A DNA stretch of 64,000 nucleotides, taken from positions 77,252,001 to 77,316,000 of the forward strand of contig NC_091987.1 of assembly GCF_044704955.1 (NCBI RefSeq), written 5' to 3'. This stretch comes from Pristiophorus japonicus. Taxonomy: Eukaryota. The notes beneath the pieces were generated by a model. It was not told where the DNA came from. It saw only the letters and a list, made by a program, of their open reading frames with translations, and searched no databases. Positions within the stretch are counted from its first letter, which is position 1. The number at the start of each line of letters is the position of its first letter. Below are positions 50,749 to 64,000 of the stretch, piece by piece. The position numbers and the translations under genes were made by a program.

Positions 50749-52271
50749 AGGTTCTGGCGGAAATTTTTTATAGATAGTACATCAGCAAATCAGAAGTAAC
50801 TAACTCAGCTACAGCTACTACTAATTACCTTAAAGCCCTGTATTAGGCATTTTTTGTTTTGCATTCAGAAAATAAGGTCCTGGTTGCTTTAAAAAGCAGC
50901 TTTCTTTGTTTACTAATAATGATTGCAGCAATCAGACTAAATTCATCATAATCTTGGCACAGCATTTTGAACACTCTTTATAAAAAAGTCTTTGTAAAGA
51001 TATACATCCATGAACAAAGCAAAGAACAATTCATAATTAATTTTATGCATAGGCAGATCCAGAATGGTGGTGAAATTAGTTGTTTCTTTTAAATGAATGG
51101 GCAACCTGAACATCTACAAAAGGTGAAATTAACAGCCAAGCTTCATTTTCAAGAAATGTAATGCCCCATCTAATTGTTACAATTTGAAACAGCACTCCAG
51201 GGTACTGTTAACTTATTTTGAATCTGGGCTTAACTAATTTAGAGATATGATTCTATTTCTTGCTTAATTTTCTTCGATTGTTGCTTAGAGATTTGTAGTC
51301 ATTGTTCATTTTACATATTATGTATTTAAGATGTTCTGTTTTCTGTAAAGCCTATCAACTTTTCTGTATTAAAAATGGTAGTTATCAAGATTGATTTCAA
51401 TATTAATAATCCTTTAGTCCCAAGGACAGTGTGTCATTTGGAGGATCTATTTTTCAGTGAAGCCCAACAGTTTTTCCAATTAATTAACATAATTACATCA
51501 AAATCGATGAAAGTATGAGAACTATTAGTGACAATGGTAAAATGACCATGAGCCAAGAATGTATTATGCTAAGAATATGCATTATAAACGGACAAATTTA
51601 CACTGAATAGCACAAATTCTGTAATAGGCACGATTTAAACAATATAATCTCGTAAGAGGTGGGTTTATGGCCTGGGTTTCTTCATCTCCTGTAAGAATGA
51701 GAAGGGAAACAGGCCATTAGTTGGCATAAGTAATCCCTCCTTATAACACAGCCACCAAAAGTCAACCAGTTAATTTGTTATGACATGTGGGGTGTATTGA
51801 GTGTCCTAGAACAGCACAAAATATAATCCAGGCCCTCGTAGCCTTATACAGAGAATAAAGAAAAGCCTTATAATTAGAGTGGCACATACATCTTATACAT
51901 CATGGGAGTGTGTGGTGGCATGAATACTTATTGTCACCTAGTATTCGTCTAGCTTCTTCGATTAGTTTGCTACACAGCTTTTATTACTTGCACAGTGTGA
52001 AACAAGTATTTGTCCAGAAAAGTTCAGCCAACACAAATTGCTCATGGCTATCTTCTGCAATTGTGAAGCTAAAATGATATATTTAAATTGGAGGGGGGGG
52101 GGGGGGGGGAAAGAAAGAGAGGAGGGAAGAAAGAGAAGCATAAATTAGTTGAGACTCCAATAATTTTCCAATATGAAATAGGCATCACGATAATTCATTG
52201 TAGTGAAATTTAAAAATAATTTAATGCAATGAATTAAAGATGCAATAATAGGACAGCTATAAGCACAATCA

Positions 52272-52646
52272 ATCTCTCCCCATGGCAAACGAGCCAAAGG
52301 TGGGCAGTGGAAACGCTATAAGGACACCCTCAAAGCCTCCTTGATAAAGTACAACACCCCCACTGCAACCTGGGAGTCCCTGGCCCAAGACTGCCCGAAG
52401 TGGAGGAAGTGCATCAGAGAGGGCGCTGAGCACCTCGAGTCTCAATGCCGACAGCATGCAGAAATCAAGCGCAGACAGCGGAAAGAGCGTGTGGCAAACC
52501 AGTCCCACCCACCCCTTCCCTCAACGACTATCTGTCCCACCTGTGACAGTGTGTGACTCTCATATTGGACTGTTCAGCCACCAAAAATTCACGTCAGGAG
52601 TGGAAGCAAGTCTTCCTCGATTCCAAGGGATTGCCTATGATGATGC
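52272..52646 (+). mobile_element. RTE LINE 3' fragment
   Basis: Matches the reverse complement of 21390-21755; ends tgcctatgatgatg. Confidence 0.9.
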
Positions 52647-54308
52647 CATTCTTTGGAACACAAGGACTGATTTTGTAATCTCAAGAGAATGCAGGAGCTT
52701 AGTCCAGTTCAGTAACAAGAGTGAACACACATATCCAACTAGGGAGCTCACCAGATAAGGCAGGCCAGCTAATTATAATAATTTACATAAGCTCCCTGTG
52801 CAGTTTGGGCCTTGCAGAGGGACCATACATAATAAAAGGGAGTTTGCTGAATATGAGGAGCTGCTGCTCAAACTTAAAAACAATGGCCTTGGTAGGGGGG
52901 ATAAAAATTTGGGAGTCTTTAAGGCTCATCAGTTTTGTGCATTTCCAAATGCTACCTTTGGGGGGGGGGGGGGACGGTGGCAGTGGCGGTGAAGAGGAAG
53001 AACAGATGTGAGTGGTTCAAAGACAGCATTAGACGTGGAATGGTGCTGGCCCCAACCCAGTTTGATGGCAGGTTAAATGGATATTCTGCTCAATGAACTA
53101 AGGCTTGCTGTGGGACCTCCAGGGCTCTTTTCCCAAAGGCTATCAGGGCACCACATCTCACAGAAGATGGCAGACAGACTGAACACTGTCCAAAGTTACT
53201 ACAGAATTCAGAAATAGATGCAGGAGAAGTTAGCATGCTTTAAAGAATCTGGCACAGTAAGACTAATAAATAGTAGCATGCACCAGGTATATAACATATG
53301 CTACAGTGTAGCTGTCAACCTGCTGTGCAGTTGCTGCTTGCCCCATCAGACAACTGTATAAGTTTTTCATTGCATTGCGTACATACCCATATCTCAGCAG
53401 GCCACAGTCAAGATGCTGTGTACAATTGGTATCCTTGCCACATTCACATCTTCCAGGGGTTCTGGTTCGAAAGAGCAGCCATCAGTGACCCCTGCACTTT
53501 TGAGAAATGCAGTATGGCGATATTGGGCACACATGTTATGGTATCCAGTGTGAATGGAGATAATCATTGACCATACTGACAAATACAAAAAGTTACCTAC
53601 TTGATGCATGTAGCACAAATTGGGACTGGGCCATAGTATAACAATTGAGGTCAGGTGCTGAGAAAGAATTTGCTGATGGATTGTTACACATAGTGCTGCT
53701 TTAGTAAAAACAGACCATTCAGTTTTGGTGCAATTTCAATTATAATTTAAAATTAAATGCAATAGACAGGAGACACAGGGTGTGTGTTTTTCTTAGATGA
53801 TTAACACAAATTGTTTAAGATTAACCATCAAAAAAGGTCAAGTATTCAATGGTTGTATACTTCAAAAGAATGGACTGCAAAAAAGCAAGCAGAAAATAAC
53901 TAAGTTTCCCATAAGTATTTTAAGTCAGAATTTTAATGAACCAAGACGCCATTACAAAAATGAATACAAAATGATTAGATAAAATGACCACATTACAATA
54001 CAAAAAATCTAGCTGCAATGGAATTCTTTCATGGCAGTTATTGAAGACAGCTTTATCTGCAATGACTCACTATACAATGGAAATGATTTTGAAAAGGAAA
54101 GTTAAAAACCAAGGAGTACCTTAATGCAGACAGAAGCAATATTGTTAAATTTGCATTCCTTAATACAACTGAGCAGTTCTCAATTATCAAGAATACTTAT
54201 CGCTGTGTATCTGGTTTCATAATAAATTAGAAAAAATAGGCTTTAGTTTGAATAGATATTTTTAAATTAAAGGGGTGGGGAATAAATTAACACCTTAAAG
54301 CTCAAATA

Positions 54309-54323
54309 TTTATTCAATGTACA
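54309..54323 (-). terminator. Candidate polyadenylation signal of a convergent minus-strand gene
   Basis: Minus strand reads ctgTGTA-type element (tgtaca) then ttgAATAAAtatttg, at the edge of a ~10-kb repeat-poor region. Confidence 0.4.
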
Positions 54324-56391
54324 GCAGATCAGACTAGTAGCCATTTAACATGACCCTAAAACCAGGCAGCATCATGTAAAACATGTGCAATCATACAAGT
54401 CAAACTTTAAAAAAAATCTTAAATTCAAGGAATGCTGTTGTCACCTCTTGTTTGGAAAGGATTGAGAAATTGTGCTCAATTATAGTTGTCACCTGCCAAT
54501 TTAGACCAGTTTGGTTTTTTGGCTCTTGTGTTGAAACTCCCGATACAAGTTGCTAGTTCCAGTTCAAGCTTCTACCTATATATTGGCTGATGACTTATCT
54601 ACTTATGCAAATTTCATGAACCAGTTTTCTAAATGAAGCATGCTACAGCATTCCATGTTAGGGAGGCAGGGTCATTCTCAACCTGCAGATGTTTAGTTCA
54701 TTGACCAGAGAAAAACACAGATGGTAATTTGAAAATTAATAAGCTGAAAAAGTAGATAAAATCTGTAAAAGCTTGGTTATTGATTTCTAGTTAGAATTTG
54801 GCAAATTTTAAACTTTTGTAGATATTAAACCATCATTTTTTCCTTTGAAGTGTATAAATCTTTCACCACCTTCAACTCTCTATCTAAATTAGTCATCCAA
54901 CTAACTATAGAGTTACCATAAACAAGTTAGCTATATTTTTGTTCCCATCCAACAGGGTACTGAATTTTAAATTAAAGTCTACATCCACCTAGCTATTTTG
55001 TTGGTGATATGATCTGTAATAGACACAACATTTTAAGTGTTCGAAATAACTTCCTACTTCTGACACCTTAAAAGACAATCAATTGCTTCAAAGTTAATGC
55101 TGATCCCATATACTGATGTTGGTTCAGCAATTATTCAAAATGTTGAGCCCCCTAAAGAATAAGCAATTTCTCAAATTCCTGACTAAATTTTTTGACAAAA
55201 ATATTTTTCCACAAAAATACTTTTCCAAAGTGATCAGTAGTATACTCCTTAATAATTGAGGTTCAATTCAGTGGTTCCAGTTAAATTTATACAAATGTGT
55301 TAAAGGATTGAATACACAATTGAAAAGATCTGCAAATGTGTAGCCATGTCATTCATAAATGAAATACTGAGAAAAACGAACACTAAATGGGGCAGAATAT
55401 TTAGTACCAGAAATAAGCAAAAACACCAAATGAAATCAAATAACTAAATTTGTCAAAGTGTAAAATTTAATATCCTGACAGTTTAGTTCTTACAGTTTCC
55501 CAAAGGTTAATCTTTGCACTTCTAATTGAGTTCATCATGAGCCAGAAATGATACTGTACATTGTAAGTTCATATGGTTATACCAGTACACAGCAATATAC
55601 AAATCAATGCTTAACAATAATGCCTTACTGTTGCAATGTGTCAGTATACAATTACAATGAAGTGTGCATTCACACCAGTTTATTGTTGGAAATACTTTAC
55701 ACACAACATAATGTCGCATTACTGCTTCTAACCTCAAAGGCTAGAGCCATTTTAAACTTTCCATTACTACTCTTCAAAAAGATCATGCCATTTATTGTAT
55801 AAAAAAATTCACAGTAAAATGTTGCACAACTGAGTAAGAGTTAAACTGAAACTGCTGCATTAGTAATACAAGACATACCATCCTGTGATGTAAAAATTCT
55901 GAATCCCAGTGAGGGTCAGGTTTAAAAAAACTATGGATCTTGATGGCAACAACTTGTTGATATAAATAGGGTAAAATAGTTACTTAAATTTTTTCCTCAT
56001 TTTGCTTCTTTCATGCGCTCACTACTTTTAATGCTCCCGCCAAACATTTTTCTTCGTCATTTTAAATGAAGTGGTTAATTGACCAAGTCAAAATATTAAA
56101 TGGTCATGATAACAAATATAGTTTAATTTAGATTAGGCAATACTACTATTCTTCCAGCTGCACCTTGGTGATCAATTGTTTATTTGTAAGGTTGCTATTA
56201 GCCAACTGACATTGATGTTCATTTATAGGCACTGTAGTACAAATAAATGGCAATGGCAATTTGCTTTCATATTTACATAACTAGATTTTTGGATGGAGAA
56301 TTTTAAACTTTATTACCTATTTGCATCTTGGAAATAACTTCTTATAAACTAGTTAAACTTGCTAGTGTTGTACACTAAACCCTTTAAACAT

Positions 56392-56569
56392 TTTTTTATT
56401 AAATGGTGAAAAATAATTACAGTTCCCGAGAAAAGTTTGCCTATTGCCAGTGTTTTGAAAATAAACCCAACAGAATAATGCTGACACAATGTTAAAAAGG
56501 ACCACTAATTAGTGATTTGCAGACCTAACAAATGTGTACTGTAATTATTTTTCACCATTTAATAAAAAA
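56392..56569. repeat. Perfect 32-bp inverted repeat with 114-nt spacer
   Basis: 56392-56423 ttttttattaaatggtgaaaaataattacagt is the exact reverse complement of 56538-56569. Confidence 0.95.
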
Positions 56570-56639
56570 CGCTTCTCTTCAAGATCAGTTTACAAAAACA
56601 ATGAAGACCTTTTTCAACTAGATGGGAAAATATTTAATA

Positions 56640-56945
56640 TAAAATAAAAACAGAAAATGTTGGAATTACTCAGCTGGTCAGGCAGCAGCTGTAGAGACAG
56701 ACAGATTTAACGTTTCAGGTCGATGACCTTATGTCAAAAAATGTGAAAAGTTAGAGATGCAACAGGTTTTAAGAAAGAGTATAGAGGCAGGGAAAGGGAG
56801 GAGAGGAGGAAACAAAAGGGAAGGTCTGAGATAGGATTGAAGGCAGGAGAGATTAAAAGACAAAAAGGAATTATGGCGCAAGGCAAAAGGGGATGGTAAT
56901 GGGACAAGAAACAAAAGGAGTCTAGAAGAAGTGTAATTGGGAATG
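56640..56945 (-). mobile_element. Penelope-like element fragment with a degenerate hammerhead motif
   Basis: Same arm as 8905; minus strand UUGACAUA-AGGUC-AUC-GACCU-GAAACGUU. Confidence 0.6.
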
Positions 56946-59900
56946 GAAAATATTTAGATCAGTGGATTGAGGCAATCATAGAAAGTAGTCTAGTAATAAA
57001 TCAAAGAGGCCAAGCATTTTGAGATCAGGTCAACAGACACTCAATGGGGCAGAATGCTCCAATTTGTAGTTGATGAGGGGACAAGGAGATCCTGATCATC
57101 AGAACACAACAGTAAAATATGTTCGAGGCAATCAGAATGGTTGCCTAAACAGAGAGTGTCAACACAGGGTCAAATTATTTATCTGATAATATGGTGAAAC
57201 TGGAATAATTTATAAAAGTCCAGCTGTCAAAATCTTGAGCAGCCACTGTAATATTTCACATAACATTAATAAAGGAATCAGATTTAGAATGATAAAACTA
57301 TTACTTAAATAGCTATGTAAAACCTCACTTGCGCATCAATTTGGTAAATGGAAGAGCTGGATCTCTTTAAAAACCTAACAGCAAAGATATTAGAAATGTG
57401 TTAGTTTGAGTTTCATACCCTGTAATAAACTCTCCAATTCAGTATAATGTTCTCATCAAGAAATGCTTATTTTCCATAAAGAGTAAAAGGGTAGTAAAGG
57501 AGTCTTCATTAAGCAGCCTGCAAATTACAAGCAGCATACGGTTGTTCAATGTCCCTTCGAGATGGCTCTATATCAACATTTTCACACATTTAGGAGAATC
57601 TTTACGTTTGGTAAATTTGTTTTGATGGAGAGCAATGTTATTATTTAATGAGAAGCAATGCTGTTACAAAATTTTTGCAATCCCACTTGCAGTTCACCAA
57701 GGCTAGACGTTATCAATCATAGATCAAAATTTTGATCTTTTTCCAAAAGCTTCAAGCCATTCATCAGAAGAACATCACAGGTAGTTGTCTTTATTACCAA
57801 GTTCTGAATTTGTGTTGGATTGATTCAAAAATATACGGACCATATTCAGTGCAATTGTTCTGTAATTTTATATAGGTTTATAATTAGTATTGCTCAATTA
57901 CCAATTGATAAATCTGGGAAACTGGAAAGCAAGAAAATCCACATGAACAAATACTGATTTTTTGCAATATCCTGCACTATCTCCCTTTCATTAAATATAT
58001 TGATGCTTTTATAAATTATTGTTTTTTTAAAACCTATTCAAATTGCAGAAAAAAGGCTATCTTGATGAATGTGACAAATAGTCTGGCAAACAGATTTTTA
58101 CTGCAATTGTTTATGCAAACTATATTCATAGGTTGAGGGTCTATTTGATCTCTGAAGTCAGCATTGTAAAATATCACCAATTTCAACTGCCTTAATAGCA
58201 AAAGCTTTTGTTTATTGTTACCGTTGACATTTTCAGTGTTTATTTTAGGAGAACGGCATCTTGCCCCAGCGCAATAAACCCTTCAGGATACCATTTTGGA
58301 AGTTTCCCTTCAGCTTTTGAGTTTCAGTTTAGGGCTTTTTGAAACAGGGCTGGTTATCCCAGTCCTACCAAGAAGTAATAGCAATTAGTAAAAAATGTGG
58401 AAGCAGAACTAGCAGCTTATGCAAAGAAAACAAACCGAGGCATAAAGTTGACTTGAATCCTCAACACTAAGATGCTGTCACTACTCATTAGCTACTGTTT
58501 TTAAAAAAAATGACATTTGCACTGGTAAAGATCCGACATTTATAACCATCCATCAGAAGTTTACATAAAAAATTGTCAGCGTACATGTGAACACACTCAA
58601 CTGTGGTACTGCATTAAGGTGCACTGGATACAGGGACGTCCGCAGGTTAGCTGTGCTGCAGTCTTATTGTACAAGAAATACACCATGCAAATGAGGGGAT
58701 AGTTCAATGCAGTTGAAAACCTTAGAAAACCCATTGAGTTGTTGCACATCTTCATTCAGACATATTGAGTTAATAAATCATGAAATTTACTCATTTGCAA
58801 CAGTATCCCTTTTTTCTTGGTCATACACAGAATTCAAAATACAGAATACATGTAAAAGACCACCAAAAATCATATCTACATATCATTTTAGGCCAGCAAA
58901 AGCAGTCTTTTACTGTAGGTTCCATAATTCCTGATTTAAACAAGTTCAAATGTGATCGGATTAAACCAATTAGGTTCATTCCTTAGAAATGTTTACATTT
59001 GTGATGTAGTTATGTGGAATTACTGAATCACTGATTTATTTCTACTCTTCATTCTGCCAGCCATCAACTGAACAATTTGCATGAAATAGTTTAGTTTCTT
59101 CTTTAAAGGAGGCTCTTTGGTAGTCCAAGACCAGAGGGTGAGAAGATAAGGAAAGAAGAAAGGAAAGGAAAGAATACCCTGAACCAAAATGAGCAATGCA
59201 AGGATGCTGGAAAAGGCAAAACACATTGCCTATTTTCAAGAATTTTATATTCTTTACATACAGTAGACATCTGTAACCACATTATATATTGGTCTGGTTG
59301 GAAATTTTGGGATTCATGCATTCCTAATTGAATTATTTTGTGAAAAAGCTGGATATTATTTGTTTTTTTTTTTAATTGATTTAATTTTCACAGCCATTAT
59401 GTAGATATACATTTTTTAATACAAGAAAGGAATACTGCCTATTGAAAAACTTAAAAAAAAACCTTCCAATAAATAACACATCTAAAGAATATAAGCCTGC
59501 GGACGTCCAAAACTGGATAATATGTACACTTTTAAAACTATGAACAACTAGGCAGTGAAAAACAGTTATGTTCTCACACACAAAGACACACCCAAAACAT
59601 ACAAAAATACTATATCTTAAACTACCAAGTAAGACGATTTAATTTTTTTATCTCATGCCATGACTTAAGAGCAATACACTGAAACGAACAAGGATTTGAC
59701 AACAAAAAAAAACCTTTTATCCCAGAAATATACCAAAATATACATCTAAGCTTTGGAATTACTGAGGTTAGACTAATGCCTGCTGGGTAATTGCATTTAA
59801 TACACAATTCTAAGGTTGCAAAGAAGAAACAAATCTTTGGTATCTGCATTAGGCGAATGTTAACATTTGTATTTTGCTTTGGGATAGAGCTTGTATGATC

Positions 59901-60696
59901 CTACAACCCCCATTTAGTACTCAAATTTTTTTTTATCACTGAACACAAAAAATCCATCTTTCTCCACACAAAAAAGTACTGAGTCTCTATCTAGCACAAG
60001 GTTGAGGAATACAATGCATAGTTGCACAGTGGTATTATGAAAAGGAGATGAAACCTTTGTAAGCAAGCTACATCTTTTTTAGTCTTCATTTTTCTTTCAC
60101 AAAAGAAGCGTCCAGCCTGTTACAGTCAGTTCTGAAGAGCACCTCAGTGTGTATTAATCCAGGTCACCCAGCCCAAAGGGATAAATGCCCCTCAGAAGAG
60201 CCAATCCTACCACAGGAGTCTCCAGTCTTTTAACCAATCAAATAACACATGGCGCTCCACTTTCAGCAGTCCCGCTACTGCTTTTGTAGACAGAATGAAG
60301 CAGATTTCTTTTACTTTATGTCACTGTAAGCAATTCACACTTTTGAAATAAGATTAGTGTAGGACTGAAGACATTTAAAAAAAATTTAGTTCATACAATC
60401 ATTAATAAGTCTTTGGTTTTATCAGCATAATGTAAGGTTGCTGGCATGTAACAAAAGCACTAAGCATGGCAGGAAAGACCATCACTAACATTTACATTCA
60501 GAGAATGAGTGCTATTCTCAGGGTATTTTTAATGATGGACACAACACCCTCACCTGATCTGATACAAGATTGTCAAAACTGAACAGCCATTTGTTATTCA
60601 ACCAATATTTGGCTACTAGCACTACTGTATAATCGTCTGTTAGGACTTGGGTATAGCTGAGGGATAGAGCCAAGGAGAAGAATTACTGCACAGTGA

Positions 60697-60750
60697 CAGC
60701 AGGCTCGAGGGACCGAATGGCCTATTGCTGCTCCTATCTTTTATGTTTTA
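60697..60750 (+). mobile_element. CR1 3'-tail remnant
   Basis: agcaggctcgagggaccgaatggcctattgctgctcctatcttttatgtt. Confidence 0.75.
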
Positions 60751-63700
60751 ACTATACAAGGTATGAAGATGTATTCCAGTTTCCAGTGGACACAAATGCA
60801 CCTCATCAGGGGCTAGGCTTGTGGTATACAAGCACATAAACTGTAATTTTAGTGTTTAAGTGTGTGGCCTTAAGAGATTGACAATGAAGCTCCCAATATA
60901 CATAAACGCATCAATAATCAGCAATGTTTATGAATGTATTTATCCATCTGATTTACATTCACAATAGTAAAAATTTGGCAAGTTAAATCAGCCTACATTT
61001 TCATTCAGCTAGGTTTAATAGCCTGTTCAGACGACCTGATACAAGAGTTTCTGTCGCCGAACACTGGGTTGATGTCTAGGAGGATACTCACTTCCAGTGG
61101 GAGCAAAATGGTGACCTGCCATCATATCTACCCAGTTCTCCCAGTAAAGAGTTGTGAGTCATGCCAACAACCTGCCCAGGTTATGTCCTGGAAACAACCA
61201 AAAACATGATCTGCTGGATATAAAACAGGGGAAACAATAGGTTGCCTCATGTGCCGTTAGGCACGGGTGAGAAGAAGAGGGTGGTTCAACAGTTTGGTTA
61301 AAATATCAGTGGGAGGGAGAGGTGAGGATGGCCAAGTAAGATGAACACAATGAAGAAGTTAAGGGATTGCAATATGCCCAATGTTTACTTAAACTTGAGT
61401 TGTCAATTCTGACTGCTGTTATTCTCCTGCCGTGCTAGTGCTAATGCATGCCAGAATTTCTTTTAAGAAGTATACAGTCAGTGGCAGGTTCAGCCACTCT
61501 GAGGGGGGAGATTAAAGCAAGTTACTCAATCATGAGTTAGAAATGAGGTATACAACAGCTCCTGTACCTAGGACAAATGGTGACATCACCATTTAAGCAA
61601 CTGAGGAAGAAAATGAAATGATCATACCAGGTGAGTAGACAAGTGTAATTTACAGGCATTTCCATTTAAAATTTGCAAGATGCTCAAGTAAATAGGTCAC
61701 CAGACAAGGTATATTCACCCCCGCCCCCCCCCCCCCTTCCATAATTCCAGTAGCAAAAACAATGTAAAGTCTTGCTGCACTGATGACTCCACTGAATATG
61801 ATGTAATTTCAAAACACACCATTGCACAGGACATAACAATCCTTAGGGTAGTTAGTGCAGTCACAGATACTTGCAAGTCTCTAAACTTCTATTTGGGACA
61901 TTAATAGCTGTTGATCGGACAGTATAATCATTTTTAAAAGTATCCCAATGTATTATCAAAATATGGAGGAATACCAATTCAGAGAATATCAGATGTTTCT
62001 CCTCTGGTAATCTCTACTACAGTTAAATGACTATTCTATCACAATTAGAATGGTCTATAATTAAGTCAACAATAAAACAAAACCTACTCATTAACCAGTC
62101 ATTTCTGCTGCAGATCAAGACTGTGACAATATCCCAAATGCACCAGAACATACACAAAAGTAACTATGATTGTCCTATGATAGATGTGATGTTTTTACAA
62201 ATTATATGGAGGCTTTTATATCAGATATTTGAATAAGGTTGCTATAAAGAGAACACAAAGTTAATATAAACCTGTCTGGTAAACATAGCAATCATGGGAA
62301 TAAATCTGACCTACAATTTCATTTTCTTCCTCAGAATTCCTTCATTTATTAATTTACTGTACAACCTGATCCATACTTTTGTTCCAAGTGCTCTTCTTGT
62401 ATAACTGAAATGGATGCATCAAGACTTTCTTTTTTTTTACATCATTCTCCAAGTCTATGTAGTTCTTTATAAAACCAGCCACTAAAATGAGAATCAATTC
62501 TACCTTCATAACCCACTAGGGCATGTCTGAGTAAAATTTTCTTTTTCTGTACATATGAAATTCAAGGTAACCAACCTTGTGTACTTTCAGAATCCACCAA
62601 ATTGCTTTTCCTGCCTTTCCTTATCAATTCAAAGTGAGGACTTTAGTACCATTATTGAAGCTATGTGTATCGACCAAGTACAAGCTAACAAATTTATTTT
62701 GCTTTCTTTGAGACTTTCTAGGTGAAAACAGGAGGGGAAGAGTAACAACAGGTTTAAAGGCACCACTTCTGAGCATTCACCATAGAATCAGGTGTATAAC
62801 TTTTGCCTATATGTAAATCACTAGTTTATATGCATTAACAGTTGAAAAGTTGATTGATTATAAATTGCTACCCTATATAATTGAAGGGAGGGCTTAAATA
62901 TAGGCATGAAATAGTGATGTATGGATCAGATCTTACTGGACAAGGAAACATAGTAAATGAGTAACTGTTTAACCCACAGTAAAAGGAAAACGGTGTAAAT
63001 ACAGAACTTTGTAGCGTTTCAGACCTCAAGAGTCAAGGATTTTATAAACCAATTTCACTATGCTTCTCTGTACTTATAATTTATAAGTAAATACAGGGGC
63101 ATATCAAAGAAAGCATAATAAAGCTAAAATGGTCAGACATCACTTGCTTCCTTATATCCGAGTCGGCTGCAACGCTTTCATTGGGCACTTAGTATGAATA
63201 CAGTATTGAGAACTGGGCAACATTTTTAATACTGCACTAGGGATGAGCAAAAATTTTGGAACATTTCACTTTTTTTTTTGAAAGAGTGGGGGAAGCTAGA
63301 AAAAGGAAAATTGCTGTACAGATTGTCTGGGAGCTATTAGCAGGTGAATTCTGAAGTCCCAAAGGAGTAATTTCTGAATCCTTATCTCAAATGATATTCA
63401 AATTCACAAATGTCACAAACAGAAAATATCAGTAATACACAGATTCAGTTAGGTGGAAGGGATAAAAAAAACATGCTTTTTAAAAATTATTAATTTGCAA
63501 CGAGCAGCTAAATAAACAGAAAACAGGTGAAGTGTTTGTGAAACACAGGAATACTGAAATAATCATCCAGACACCATGTGATCTTTTCTTGCAATTATAG
63601 AATGTAAACCAGCAACAAACATATCAAAAATAGTACTTTTTGAAATAATTGCCCCCAAAATAATTTGACCCAGCACTTGGATGCCAACTGTAACCAGATT

Positions 63701-64000
63701 ACCAGAGCAGAGTGCTTGTCAGCACTGCAAAACGCTGGCAAGACTATTCCAGCCCAACAAAAAGTTATTTTCCCTCAATCCCAAAATTAAAGATGAAAGG
63801 GAGAATAAAAAGTGATTAACTATATATAGGAAATATAGGAGCACTTTACTTGAAAGTGGAAATATTTTTACTGGTGAAAAAAACTAGATGACAAAAAGTT
63901 GCCTGTTGACTGTAAACATTCCCAGACAGGGTTTGTGAACTCCAAATTTTTTGTTCATCCCTATATTACAGAATGTGATTTGGTAAGTATTACTTTAACA

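Noticed and set aside
49494-64000. CD3-eta-like alternative last exon or POU2F1 coding exons
   Set aside because: No recognisable coding exon or POU/homeodomain sequence by eye
1-64000. Prokaryotic systems (retrons, CRISPR arrays, DGRs) suggested by the many RT ORFs
   Set aside because: All RTs are eukaryotic LINE or gypsy types inside spliceosomal introns; no repeat-spacer arrays or operons

Overview
Vertebrate genomic DNA, most likely a cartilaginous fish (shark), judged from the dense CR1/L2/RTE LINE, Deu-domain SINE and Penelope-type repeat content. The window holds exons 2-8 of a T-cell receptor zeta chain gene (CD247/CD3-zeta) on the + strand (13244-49493). I assembled it by hand from GT-AG bounded micro-exons, most of which the ORF track misses. 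It encodes the zeta transmembrane dimerisation helix, three complete ITAMs and an unusual C-terminal PAVPPPPRR tail. Exon 1 (signal peptide) was not found and probably lies upstream. The introns carry nested retroelements: many CR1 copies, a near full-length RTE, a decayed Ty3/gypsy element, a tRNA-headed single-ORF LINE, L2, SINEs and MITE-like elements. The last ~10 kb is AT-rich and repeat-poor and may be the long 3' UTR of a convergent minus-strand gene (POU2F1 by mammalian synteny; inference only); it contains a perfect 32-bp inverted repeat. Repeat boundaries are approximate and no database search was possible.
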